Assembly: GCA_951406725.2 (NCBI GenBank)
Contig: OX597818.1
Coordinates: 71,734,001-71,798,000 of the forward strand
Length of the DNA: 64,000 bases
Direction: 5' to 3'
Origin: Octopus vulgaris
Lineage: Eukaryota
The notes beneath the pieces are model-generated. The model saw nothing but the letters and a program-made list of their open reading frames with translations, was not told the DNA's origin and ran no database searches. The translations under genes and the position numbers were made by a program. Below are positions 12,688-24,604 of this stretch, piece after piece. Positions within the stretch are counted from its first letter, which is position 1. Each line of letters starts with the position of its first letter.

Positions 12688-13724
12688 TGTTACGCCTTCC
12701 GATTGATTCGACCACGGGCCCTAAGTCGCGACGACGACGCTCAGTAAACCGGAAATCCACCACGGGAAGTGGGAGAAGGCGGCGAACGCATCCAGAAACC
12801 AACACAACGACAACAAAAGAAAGAGACACAGCGGAAGTTGTGTAATTTAGCAATTTTTTTCAAAACAAAATCAAAGCATTCCAAAACGAAGGTTGACAAA
12901 TCACATACAGAGTTCGAAGAACAATCATTTGAATTTAAACATAATACAGAGTTTAAAAAAACCAAATCATTTAACATTTGACACAATACTGTTCGGTCCA
13001 AGACAAATCGTTTTGATTACATTTAACACAAAGTTCAAAATCAACAGTCTCTTAGAGCTCCAATTTCCTCTTTTTTTTTTTTTAACACGACAGTTCTCAA
13101 AATAAAGGCTCCTTTTATTTCTTTAAAACATTTCCAAGTTCTTTTTTTTTCTTCCTTCACTTTTCTTTTGAAAACAGCCCACAACACGCTTTTTTTTTCT
13201 CTTTTTTTTTCAAGCATTTAAACATCGAAATTTAAAACACAAATAAAACATTACCGCATGTTCCTCGCCTGCAACACTCCCTGACATCACAAAACTCTCA
13301 CTATAACAGTCCGGCTTCTTTATGTCTCTCTCTGTCCCTTCACTGTCATCTTCCTTACTACCTCTCTCTCTCACACTCACTGTCTGTCTCTCTCTAGACC
13401 ACGCCTGTCATCTTTGTCGCTGCCTCTCGCCGACTGCACCATCTCGAATTCACTCCCTTGTCCGCTCCGCTCACACAACCCTCTCACGGTTTCTTGCTGA
13501 CTGCTCCTCACCGACTGACTAACAAACTTAGTGCTAGCCGTATTTATAAAAACTTTCCGTGATCGTGTGGGGTCGTAGTTCAATGCCTATAATCATTAAT
13601 ATTCGTGGCCTTTGACAGGACAAAGGAAATACCATTGTCTTGAACAACTGGAGCGCCGGTTAAATCCAACTAATGGAACAAGGGCCATAATGTTTTCTGT
13701 TCGTTTACCTTTTCTTGCCTCCGT

Positions 13725-13728
<4 letters not shown>
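12688..13728 (-). mobile_element. Probable solo LTR (1041 bp) inserted in (TA)n
   Basis: Termini TGTTACG...CGTAACA with ATAT on both sides and no coding capacity. On the minus strand TATAAATA (about 13540-13547) is followed about 25 nt later by TCAGTC, a typical LTR promoter arrangement. Confidence 0.75.
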
Positions 13729-13768
<40 letters not shown>

Positions 13769-13769
<1 letters not shown>

Positions 13770-13993
13770 GCGGCGATATGGCAGAAACGTTAGCGCGCCG
13801 GGCGAAATGCTAAGCGGTATTTCGCCTGTCGTTACGTTGTGAGTTCAAATTCCGCCGAGGTCGACTTTGCCTTTCATCCTTTCGGGGTGATAAATAAAGT
13901 ACCAATTTCGCACTGGAGTCGATGTAATCGACTTAATCCGTTTGTCTGTCCTTGTTTGTCCCCTCTATGTTTAGCCCCATGTGGGTAGTAAAG

Positions 13994-13997
<4 letters not shown>
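13769..13997 (+). mobile_element. SINE family B (tRNA-derived head, Meta-domain-like core), near full length
   Basis: A-box-like TGGCAGAAACGTT, B-box-like GAGTTCAAATTCC, core GACTTTGCCTTTCATCCTTTCGGGG..AAGTACCA; flanked by (TA)n. Degenerate copies at about 36990 and 52580. Confidence 0.8.
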
Positions 13998-14051
<54 letters not shown>

Positions 14052-14068
14052 GTATATATATATATATT

Positions 14069-14394
<326 letters not shown>

Positions 14395-14560
14395 AGATTT
14401 GTGCGTTGGAGCACTGTTCTGATGAAACAAAACCTTCTTTCGTTAGCTTTCTTCAGCGTTCGGTCTTAATACTCTTTCGTTACTGCTTCAGCAACTTGGC
14501 ATAGCAGTCTCCATTGAAGGTGTGACCCTTTTGAAGATAGTAAACACAATACCTTTTGCG
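14395..14560 (-). pseudogene. Mariner transposase fragment
   Basis: Minus strand reads KVLFHQNSAPTH, resembling LFHQDNAP.H. Confidence 0.5.
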
Positions 14561-14759
14561 TGGAGTGTCATCCCTTAATGTAGTTACCCTATCAGCATGA
14601 ATATTCTTGGAGCTAAACCATTTTTCTGCAGGTACTTGATAACACCACAATGCCAAATTTTGTCAATTTTCAAGAGAAGTCGGTACTAGTTACTTCAAAT
14701 GTCTTCTTTGAACAGTCAGTTTACCTAGAAAGAAACAATGCAGTTATCAATAAGAATTA

Positions 14760-15150
14760 CTAAATTTGTGCATTTAATATATATTTAAGAAAAATAAGAA
14801 AATAGAGATTAATCACTTAATAACTGTATTTATTTATTGCAAAAAAATAGACATAATCCCTAACAGCCGTTTCGATTCAGACTTGAAAGATTTTAATTGA
14901 AATAATTAAATCATTATAAAGTAGAATCTCGTCGGATTATGCCTATTTTTACAATTAATAAATATAATTATTAATTAATCAATCTCTATTTTAAAAATTT
15001 TATCTTGAATAAATATAAACCTCGGTTTATCTAGTTACCTATTATTTATGAGTATTAAAATTAATATTCAAAAGATATAGTAAGTAATAAACCAGTAAAT
15101 TAATTGGATATTATTCCTTAATGAGGCTTATTTAACATCTAATTAAACAT
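14760..15150. mobile_element. Fold-back pair of AT-rich PLE-type termini containing a hammerhead motif
   Basis: About 14795-14860 is the reverse complement of about 14934-14995. The segment 14934-15150 is homologous to 43987-44190. Hammerhead core on the minus strand at 14860-14935. Confidence 0.7.
14855..14940 (-). ncRNA. Type I hammerhead-like motif with long stem II (core mutated to CCGACGA)
   Basis: CCGACGA-GAUUC..(55-nt stem II region)..GAAUC-GAAA-CGGCUG-UU-AGGGAUUAUG. Confidence 0.6.
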
Positions 15151-15280
15151 TATATATATATATATATATATATATAGTTAATCCAAACAAGAAAACTCAA
15201 AAGCAAAAAAACACAACAACGCGAGGACGTGGAACAAATAAAGTATTATTGGACGCTCAGGAAAGAAGGGAAGAAGGAGG

Positions 15281-15315
15281 GTTTAACGTTTCGAGCGGAG
15301 CTCTTCGTCGGCAAC
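15281..15315 (-). ncRNA. Minimal hammerhead ribozyme, mutated copy in the 3' pLTR
   Basis: Same as 21250-21284 but with core CCGACGA and a stem I mismatch. Confidence 0.65.
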
Positions 15316-15479
15316 ATAGGAGAAGGAAAGATCTCAAGAAGGGAAGACAGAGGAAAAAAAATCGCCAGTGGTACTCACGAGGTCACATATTGAAAGACCG
15401 GAAGTAGAAAGGTGGAAGAATAATGTTTTTTTAAAGACAGGAGAGTTTTCAAAGACAGTATGGTAAAGAAAGTGAGAGG

Positions 15480-16350
15480 GGGAATGTGTGTGGATGTGTG
15501 CGTGCGGGGAGGTCTGCGTGTGCGCGCGTGTGTGTATGTGTGCAATGATGACACGTGTGTGTGTGTGCGTGTGTGTGTATATGTGTGTATGGCGAACAAC
15601 TGGCTAGTAGCTGGCGAGCATGTAAGAATTAAGGAGTGGTGTTTTTGGGTCCAGCCACAGGTCAAAAACAAAGAAGTATGTGTGTGTGCTTGTATGTATA
15701 TGTATCGTGTGTGTGTTTTGTTTGTAGTATGTGTGTGTGTATGTGTGTGTTCGTGTGTGTATGCGTAGAGTTTGGGTGTGTGGCGAGTAACTGTGCTTAA
15801 CTTAGCGTATGTGTGCGTGTGTGCTTGTACGTGCGTATGTGTGTATATATATGTATGTATAATTGTGTGCGTGTATGTATAGTTGTGTGCCGTGTGTGTG
15901 GGATGTATGTGTGGGTTCATTTGTGTATTTGTGTATATATGTGCGTGTATGTGTGCGTCTGTATGTGTGTGTGTGTAAGCGTATATGGATGTATATGCGT
16001 GTATCCGTGGGGTTGTGAGTTTTGGGCATGTGCATGTGTGCGTGCGTATGTGTGCGCATGTTTTTGCGTGCGTATGTGTGTGTGTGTCTGTGCTTATATG
16101 TGTGTATATGTATGTATGCAAGCACATACTTTATAATTGAAAGATAGATGGAAAAAATATTGGTGTGGCTGTATGTGAATCCACAGGCACACACATACAC
16201 ACACTGACGCACGCCTGCAACACAGCCAACCCCTTATGCATATATGTATATATGTATGTATGTGCGTATGTATGTATGTATGTGTGTGTGTATGTGTGCA
16301 TGTATGTATGTATGCATGTATGTATGTGCGTATGTGTGTAAGTGTGTGTG

Positions 16351-16382
<32 letters not shown>

Positions 16383-17166
16383 TGTATGTATGTATGTGTG
16401 TGTGTATGTATGTATGTATATGTGTGTGTGTGTATGTGTGTAAGGCGAACAACTGGCTAGTAGCTGGCCAGTATGTAAGAATAAGGAGTGGTGTTTTTTG
16501 TGTCCAGCCACAGGTCAAAAACAAAGAGGTATGTGTGCGTGCGTGTATGTATATGTATCGTATGTGTGTTTTGTTTGTAGTGTGTGTGTGTGTGTATGTG
16601 TGTGTTCGTGTGTGTATGCGTAGAGTTTGGGTGTGTGGCGAGTAACTGTGCTTAACTTAGTGTATGTGTGCGTGTGTGCTTGTACGTGCGTGTGTATATA
16701 TATGTATGTATAATTGTATACCGTGTGTAAGGGATGTATGTCTGGGTTCATTTGTGTTTGTGTGTATGTATGTGCGTGTAGTTGTGTGTGCGCTTATGTG
16801 TGCGTTTGTATGTGAGTGTGTGTAAGCGTATATGGATGTATATGCGTGTATCCGTGGGGTTGTGAGAGTTGGGTGTGTGCGTGTGAGCGTGCGTATGTGT
16901 GCGCATGTTTGTGTGTGCGTATGTGTGTGTCTGTGTGTGCTTATATGTGTGTATGTATGTGTATGTGTGCGTGCGCGTGTAGGTATATATTGTGTGTATG
17001 TATATGTGTCGGTGTGTATGTGAATTTGTGTGTGTTTGTACGTGTGTATGTGTGTGTGTGTGTATGTGTGTGTGTGTGTGTATGCGTGCGAGTGAATGTA
17101 TGTATATATGTGCGTGTGTGTACAAATGTAGAGGTTTATATGTGTGTTTATAAGTTTATATGTGTG

Positions 17167-17198
<32 letters not shown>

Positions 17199-17206
17199 TA
17201 TATGTA

Positions 17207-17249
<43 letters not shown>

Positions 17250-17265
17250 GTGTATGTATGTATGT

Positions 17266-17304
<39 letters not shown>

Positions 17305-17980
17305 AATTTATGTGTGTATGTGTGTAAGTGTGTGTGTGTGTATGTATGTATGTGTGTGTGTGTGTATATGTGTATGTATGCATGCATGTATGTGTGTATG
17401 CATGTGTGCATGAGTGTATGTGTGTATGTGTGTGTGCATGTATGTATGTATGTGTGCATGTATGTGTGTGTGTGTATGTATGTGTGTATGTGTGTATGTG
17501 TGTATATGTGTGTGTATATGTGTATGTATGTGTGTATGTATGTGTGTATATATGTGTGTGTATGTGTGTATCTGTATGTGTGTGTGTATGTATGTATGTA
17601 TGAATGTATGTATGTATGTGTGTGTACGTATGTATGTGTGTGTGTGTGTGAATTTATGCGTGTGTGCGTGTGGGTTCTTTTGGAGTTGTGTGGACGTAAT
17701 GTACATGCCCGTGCTTGTGTGCGTGTGTGTGCTCACGTGCGTGTATGTGTGTGTGTGTCTGCTAGGTGCTTATAAGAGTGTGCATATATGTATGAGTATT
17801 GTTTGTTGGTCTGTGTGCACGGGTATGTGTGTGTGCGCGTGGGGGTTTGTGTGGGTGTGGGTGGGTGTATAGGTGTGGAAGTATGTGTGCGTACATGTGC
17901 ATGTAGGTTGTATGTGTGTGGTGTGTTGGAAGTAGGTGTGTTCGTGGATACGTGGGTATGTGTGTGTGTTTCTGTATAAG
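15480..17980. repeat. Degenerate (GT/GTAT)-rich 3' UTR of the Neptune element with an internal duplication
   Basis: Unique anchors (GGCGAACAACTGGCTAGTAGCTGGC, CCAGCCACAGGTCAAAAACAAAGA, GTATCCGTGGGGTTGTGAG) recur at about 15590, 16443 and 21573. Confidence 0.9.
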
Positions 17981-18011
17981 TACAAAAAAGGAGAGAGGTG
18001 GAGCGCAGTCG

Positions 18012-20814
18012 CTAAGAGGAGGGGGCTGTGTTGAGTCCGTATGGGGTATTGGTTTGTAGAGTGAAAATGAAACGTTGCACCAAGTGAAGCCTGGATTGTG
18101 GAGGACCGTTGTGTGGGGCGAGACCAAACACAGAGATGTCAACGGGGGAATGGCTGGCCGAGCGGAAGTGACGTGTGACGGGAGAATTGGACTGTAGACG
18201 AACATCCCTTAGATGTTCGGCGAATCGGTCTGACAACCGGCGTCCCGTCTGTCCTATATACAGCATTCCGCAGAGGTTGCATTTAATGCAGTATATGAGA
18301 CCAGACGAAGTACACGTAAAAGAATGTCTGATATGTACAGTTCGCTGGTTGGAACCGGTGACAGCAGTGGTGTTGGTGATGAAGGGGCAGGTGTTGCAGC
18401 GGGATCTGGAGCACGGGAAGGATCCGTGTGGGGCTGAGGGGGAAGAAGAGAGGGTGCTACGGACCATGAGGTCGCGTAGATTCCGGGCTCGTTTGAAGGA
18501 GGACAGGGGTGGGTTGGGGAAAATGGGGCGGGTCGTGGGATCGAGCTGGAGGCGACGGAAGGCACGTAGTATCGTCCGACGAAGGGGTAGAGTAGAGGGG
18601 GTTGAAAAGGAGGGGAAGGGGTGCGGTTAGGGCGTGGGTGAGAGGAAGGAGAAAGGGCGGTGGTGCGGTCGATGCGATGAGCGCGGGCGAGGGCGTTCAA
18701 GACCAGTGTAGGTGGGTATCCTCGAAGCCTGAACAGGCGGGCCAGGTATTGAGACTGGGTCTTGAAATCCTGGTCGCGGCTGCACAAGCGTCGGAGGCGG
18801 AGGAACTGGGAGTAGGGGATGGCTCGTTTGGTGTGGAAGGGATGGGAGGAGGAGAAGTTGAGATAGAGGTGGGAATCCGTGGGTTTGAAGAAGGCGGAGG
18901 TGGTGAGAGAGTGGGAGGGGTGGTCGATGCTGATCAAGGAAGTTGACAGAGGTATTGGAGATGGTGGAAGTGAATTGTAGAGAGGGGTGGAAGTTAGAGA
19001 GGAAAGAGATGAAGTGGCAGAGTTGTTCGCGGGAAAGGGAGGTGGCGCCTATGCAGTCGTCTATGTAGTGACCGTATAGTTCTGGGGTCGGCCCGGAGAA
19101 TTGGGAGATAACTTGGGCCTCAATGTAGCCAACAAAGAGATTGGTGAAATTGGGGCCCATTCTTGTTCCCATCGCTACCCCGGCCCTCTGTTGGTACGTT
19201 TCCCCGGCGAACGTGAACCAATTGAGGGTGAGGACGAGCTCTGCCAGGCGGAGAAGGGTGGGGGTTCTGGGGATGGGGTCGGGACGACGGTCGAGGAAGT
19301 GTTGGAGGGCTAAGAGACCGTTGTTGTGGGTATATACCGTATACAGGGATTTTATGTCTAAGGTGAAGAGGAGGTGTGAGGGGCTGGAAGGGAGGGAAAA
19401 GGAATTGAAGAGACGGAGGGCGTGGTTGGTGTCATGTATGTGGGATGGGAGGGCTGCGACTAAGGGGGACAGGATGCGGTCGAGGTATAGGAAAAGGTGT
19501 TCAGTGGGGCAATTACAGGCGGAAACGATGGGGCGGCCAGGGTTATTGGGTTTATGCATTTTGGGAAGGAAATAGATGGTGGAGGTGCGGGGTGTGCGGA
19601 CGATGAGGTTGGTGGCGGTCGGGTGGGGGAGAGCAGAAGAGGAGATGAGGTCGTGGATGGTGGAGGACACTCGCTGTTGGTAGGAAGAGGTGGGATCGGA
19701 GGGGAGGAGGCAATAGAAGAGGGGATTTTGAAGCTGGCTGAGCGCTTCCTCCCTGTAGAGATCTGCGCGTCACATCGCCACTGCTCCGCCTTTGTCCGCC
19801 GGTTTGATGACAATGTCATTGCGGCGACGGAAGTGGCGAAGGGCAATCAATTCAGCCCGAGTGAGGTTGTATCGGAGAGGTCTTTTAAGTTAAACTGGTT
19901 GACCAGCGCGCTGCAGTCGTTCACGAACAAATCTAAGCTACTGAATTGGCCTGGGGGCGGCGTCCAGTTGGATGGGCGGCGCCCCAGCTCCAAAAGGCAA
20001 TCCTGATTTTCGTGACGCTGCGGGGACGCGTGGAAGAATGCGCAAAGTTTGAGGCGGTGCAGGAACTAGTTGACGTCGGTCCGAGTCTCGAATTCGTCAC
20101 AGTGGCGCGTGAGAGACGTGAAGCGGAGTCCCTTACTGAGGAGAGAGCGCTCGGCAGCGGAGAGGGGGAGATTGGGGGGGTATAGTGACAACAGTGCGAG
20201 GAAGCGGGGTGGTGGGATGTGTGGGGTCAGGAAGAGGGGGTGCAGAGGTGTGGGGAGGAGAGTTGGGGTGGTTGGGTGAAGATGGGGTAGGCGTAGGAAG
20301 GTCAGGATGGGATGTGTGTGGGTCCGTGGAAGGGGAAGGAGGAGGGAGTGGTGGGTGCGGGAATGGAGGGAGTCGAGGGAGCTGAAGGGGATGATGTAGG
20401 GGATGGGGGAGGGGAAGGATGTGAAGGGTTGAGGAGGTGGTGGAGTTTTTTGTTTTTGTGTGTGTGTGAGGAAATTGTGAAGTTGGTGGTTGAGATTAAG
20501 AATGAAGCGGAGAATAGGTTGGGTGAAGAGTGGAGGGCAGAGGGAGGAGAGAAGGACGTAAGCCTGGGGAAGTTGGTGGTCAAGGGAGTGAAGGAGAGAG
20601 CGGATAGAACGGATGGTTGCACGGATGAGGAGGCGGGAAGTGCGGGCGAGGGTGGGTTGGATGAGGGGGAGGAATAGGGGGTGGCGTGGAACTTCAAGAG
20701 GAAGCCACGGGGTGTGACGTGATGGCGGAGGCAACGGCTGAGGAAGGAGAGATGGCTAGAGTGGCGAGTTTTTTTAAAAAGTAAGTGAGAAAGTTTTTTG
20801 CGGGTTGTAAGCAT
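18012..20814 (-). pseudogene. PLE reverse transcriptase / GIY-YIG endonuclease polyprotein (multiple frameshifts)
   Basis: HLSFLSRCLR..PRGF; LSAAERSLLSKGL; IYFLPKMHKPNNPGRPIVS; LDIKSLYT; GVAMGTRMGP; YIDD; KPTD..LNFSSSHP..AIPYSQFLRLRR; Cys linker PCSRSRCNTC; FTC.S..LIYCIKC..CGMLYIGQTGRRLSDRFAEH..PYGLN. Confidence 0.93.
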
Positions 20815-21249
20815 TGGGCGGGGAAGAAAGCGAGAAAGCGGCTAAGGGATTGAAGGTGTTGGACGAACTAGTGTAAGTCAGACATGTTGAAAAGTGATGA
20901 ATGTTTGTGTAGGTGTAAGTGGTGGCGACACAAGTGGAAAAATGGAGGTAGAAGAAGAAAAAAGTTCGAGGAAGACAAGTTCGAGGAAAAAACTTATTGT
21001 AGAGTCACGGACAGATTATTTTTGATTTCCAATCACGATTTCAGTGGCGTACTCCGGAAGTATGGTAACAGTATTCCGTAGGTGTAAAAATCCAGGAATT
21101 GGTATCCAAGGCACTCAATATCCGTGTGAGCGTGCGGTATATAAAGTTAATCCAAATAAGAAAACACAAAAGCAAAAAAACACAACAACGCGAGGACGTG
21201 GAACAAATAAAGTATTATTGGACGCTCAGGAAAGAAGGGAAGAAGGAGG

Positions 21250-21284
21250 GTTTAACGTTTCGAGCGGAGCTCTTCGTCAGAAAC
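21250..21284 (-). ncRNA. Minimal type I hammerhead ribozyme in the 5' pLTR
   Basis: GUUU-CUGACGA-A-GAGC(UCC)GCUC-GAAA-CG-UU-AAAC: stem I GUUU/AAAC, 4-bp stem II and palindromic stem III (ACGU), the architecture known for PLE-associated minimal hammerheads. Confidence 0.8.
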
Positions 21285-21522
21285 ATAGGAGAAGGAAAGA
21301 TCCCGAGAAGGGAAGACAGAGGGAAAAAAATCGCCAGTGGTACTCACGAGGTCACATATTGAAAGACCGGAAGTAGAAAGGTGGAAGAATAATGTTTTTT
21401 AAAGACAGGAGAGTTTTCAAAGACAGTATGGTAAAGAAAGTGAGAGGGGGAATGCGTGTGGATGTGTGCGTGCGGGGAGGTCTGCGTGTGGGCGTGTGTG
21501 TGTATGTGTGCAATGATGACAC

Positions 21523-21554
<32 letters not shown>

Positions 21555-21872
21555 GTGTGTGTATGTGTGTATGGCGAACAACTGGCTAGTAGCTGGCGAG
21601 CATGTAAGAATTAAGGAATGGTGTTTTTGGGTCCAGCCACAGGTCAAAAACAAAGAGGTGTGTGTGTGCGTGTATGTATATGTATCGTGTGTATGTTTTG
21701 TTTGTAGTGTGTGTGTGTATGTATGTGCGTGTAGTTGTGTGTGCGTGTATGTGTGCGTTTGTATGTGTGTGTGTGTAAGCGTATATGGATGTATATGCGT
21801 GTATCCGTGGGGTTGTGAGTTTTGGGTGTGTGCGTGTGTGCGTGCGTATGTGTGCACATGTTTTTGTGTGCG

Positions 21873-21934
<62 letters not shown>

Positions 21935-21942
21935 TGTATGCA

Positions 21943-22760
21943 CAAGGGGGTACCCAAAAGAAACCGGAATTTTGCAATATTCACTTCGCTTTACATGTTT
22001 ACGCTGTTATCATCTTCATAGTATTCTCCATTTGAAGCAATACTTGAGTCCACACGCATTTTTCACTGTTCGAAGCAGTCCTGAAATTCTTGCGAAGTGA
22101 TACCTTTTAACGCCTCCATTATGTTTTGCTTCAACTCTTCCACATCTGCAAAACGTTTTCCTTTAAGGACTTATTTGATTCCAGGAAACTAAAAAAGTCG
22201 CAGAGAGCAAGGTCGGGTGGGTAAGCGAGGTCATACTCTCAAGGCGGTGTGCACAGGCATATTGTCGTGATGAAACTACTGCTCTCCATTTTGCCACAGG
22301 TCGTGGCGTTTTCGTCTCACTGCGTCTCGCAAAAGCTTCAGAACTGCCAAGTAAAATGTCTACTTAACAGTTTGAGTAGGAGGAACAAATTCTGTGCGGA
22401 AAATTACTTTTGCATCGATGAAACAAACCAGCATCGTCTTGACATTGGACTTCATTTGACGCACTTTTTTTTGGCGGAGGCGAGGCGGGGGCGGGGGAGA
22501 CGTCTGACATAGAATGCTTCCATTAACTTGACTGCTGCTTCGTTTCCGGCCGTAGCAGCAGCTTTCGTCACCAGTAATGAGCTTTGAAAAAGGTCCAGAT
22601 CAACTATTAAATTTTGCTGCAGCTCTTTTCATTGGCAATTCCTCGCTCAAAATTAATTGGCAGGAGCTCCAGAAGACAATTGTTTGTTTGGTCCTCCAAG
22701 ATCAGTTCACGAATTTTCATGATGCTTTCATTCGTTCGTGAGGTCGACAGTCGCCCTGAA
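21943..22760 (-). mobile_element. Decayed mariner transposon (3' TIR plus transposase fragments)
   Basis: TIR-like CAAGGGGGTACCCAAAAGAAACCGGAA. Minus strand yields VKTMLVCFIDAK..EFVPP, FHHDN, FFSFLESNKSLKGKRFADVEE and SIASNGEY. Confidence 0.75.
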
Positions 22761-22789
22761 TAAGGTTACTTTTGGACACCCTCTCGTGT

Positions 22790-23377
<588 letters not shown>

Positions 23378-23508
23378 CACACACGCGCACGCGCACACAC
23401 GCGCACGCGCACGCACGCGCACGCGCACACACGCGCACGCGCACACACGCGCGCGCGCACACACACGCACACAACTGAACACACAAAAATATAGTTGTTC
23501 ATACATAC

Positions 23509-23782
23509 TGTGGTGTCGGTGGAGAGGACGACAGATAGGGGAGGGCGGAAGTAGGGCTTGCAGGGCGCATGCGCGGCAGGAAGCGGAGGCGGTGAGGGAC
23601 GACGCACGTGTGGCATCAACGAAGCGGCAGTGGGCGCTGAGACGAGGAAGCGACGAGACGCATTGACTTTGTTGAGAGAGATCTGATCTTCGCTGAGTTT
23701 GGTAGACTAATCTTCGCCGAGGTAAGACCTAATTATATTTCCTTTCTCCTTTTCTGTTGTCTTCTTCATCATTCACACCACA
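23509..23782 (+). repeat. 5' LTR
   Basis: Direct repeat of 27501-27774, TG..CA ends. Confidence 0.97.
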
Positions 23783-23835
23783 AGCTATTTCGGCATATAA
23801 ACAAAAACAATTCTCACACGGTTTTATAAATAAAA

Positions 23836-24597
23836 ATGATGATGAGTGCCCGTATTTCGCCCGAAGTTATAAAACCGTTTTGCGGCGACACGGATGTAGT
23901 CGTATGGCTGAAGAAAGTGAAGTTGGTGGCGAAGCTCCATGGTATAGGTGACCTGGCGAGCTTCATGCCGCTGTACTTGGATGGTCCGGCGTTGGCGTTG
24001 TATTTAGAGATGGAAGAGACAGACCAACTTAGCGCGGAGAAAGTGGAAGTCCGGTTGATGGAGGCCTTTGCGGAGGGAATGCTCGAGGCATACGCTCGCC
24101 TGGGTAGAACAAGATGGACTGGGCAACAGGTGGACGTGTTTACCAATGAACTTAGGAGATTGGCTAAACTGGCGGGTTACGAGGGAGAGTCGCTGGACCG
24201 GACGGTTAGGTTGGCGTTCGTGACTGGCTTTCCTGACTACATGTCGGTCGTGCTACAGCAGCTTCCGAATGTGCATTCGATGCCGATGGCGGACATCATA
24301 TCTCGGGCACGCGTACTAGTTTCGTGCAGCAGGATGGCGTCGGTAGCAGCGACTGCAACATCGAAAAGTGGCCCAGCTAGGAGCAGCGGAGAGGGGCTAA
24401 AGAAAGAACATGTGCGACCGTTCAAAGGACAGTGTTTCCGGTGCCAAGGTCCACACATGGTGCGTGACTGCGTGTCACCCAAGCCTGAGGTGATTTGCTA
24501 CCGTTGTCGAGAGCCGGGGCATATAGCCAGCGAGTGTCTGCGGGGAAACGGACTGCGGGAGACTACTGCGCCGGTAGTTGTCCCTTCGGATCAATAG
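23836..24597 (+). CDS. gag: Gag with two CCHC zinc knuckles (open frame)
   Basis: 253-aa ORF with CFRCQGPHMVRDC and CYRCREPGHIASEC. Confidence 0.9.
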   Translation: MMMSARISPEVIKPFCGDTDVVVWLKKVKLVAKLHGIGDLASFMPLYLDGPALALYLEMEETDQLSAEKVEVRLMEAFAEGMLEAYARLGRTRWTGQQVDVFTNELRRLAKLAGYEGESLDRTVRLAFVTGFPDYMSVVLQQLPNVHSMPMADIISRARVLVSCSRMASVAATATSKSGPARSSGEGLKKEHVRPFKGQCFRCQGPHMVRDCVSPKPEVICYRCREPGHIASECLRGNGLRETTAPVVVPSDQ

Positions 24598-24604
24598 AGG
24601 CGCG
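24543..24604 (+). promoter_or_regulatory. -1 programmed ribosomal frameshift signal (slippery heptamer + predicted pseudoknot)
   Basis: G GGA AAC in the gag frame at 24543-24549; 7-nt spacer; stem GGGAGACUAC/GUAGUUGUCCC; loop GCGCC complementary to GGCGC at about 24599-24603. Pol is in the -1 frame. Confidence 0.85.

Larger units (their letters stand above)
15176..21935 (-). mobile_element. Full-length decayed Penelope-like element, Neptune-type, with direct pseudo-LTRs
   Basis: Direct repeats start AGTTAATCCAAA at 15176 and 21145 (about 0.8-0.95 kb). Frameshifted ORF at about 20814-18012 with PLE RT and GIY-YIG. Hammerhead motif in each pLTR; 3' end abuts (TA)n. Confidence 0.93.
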
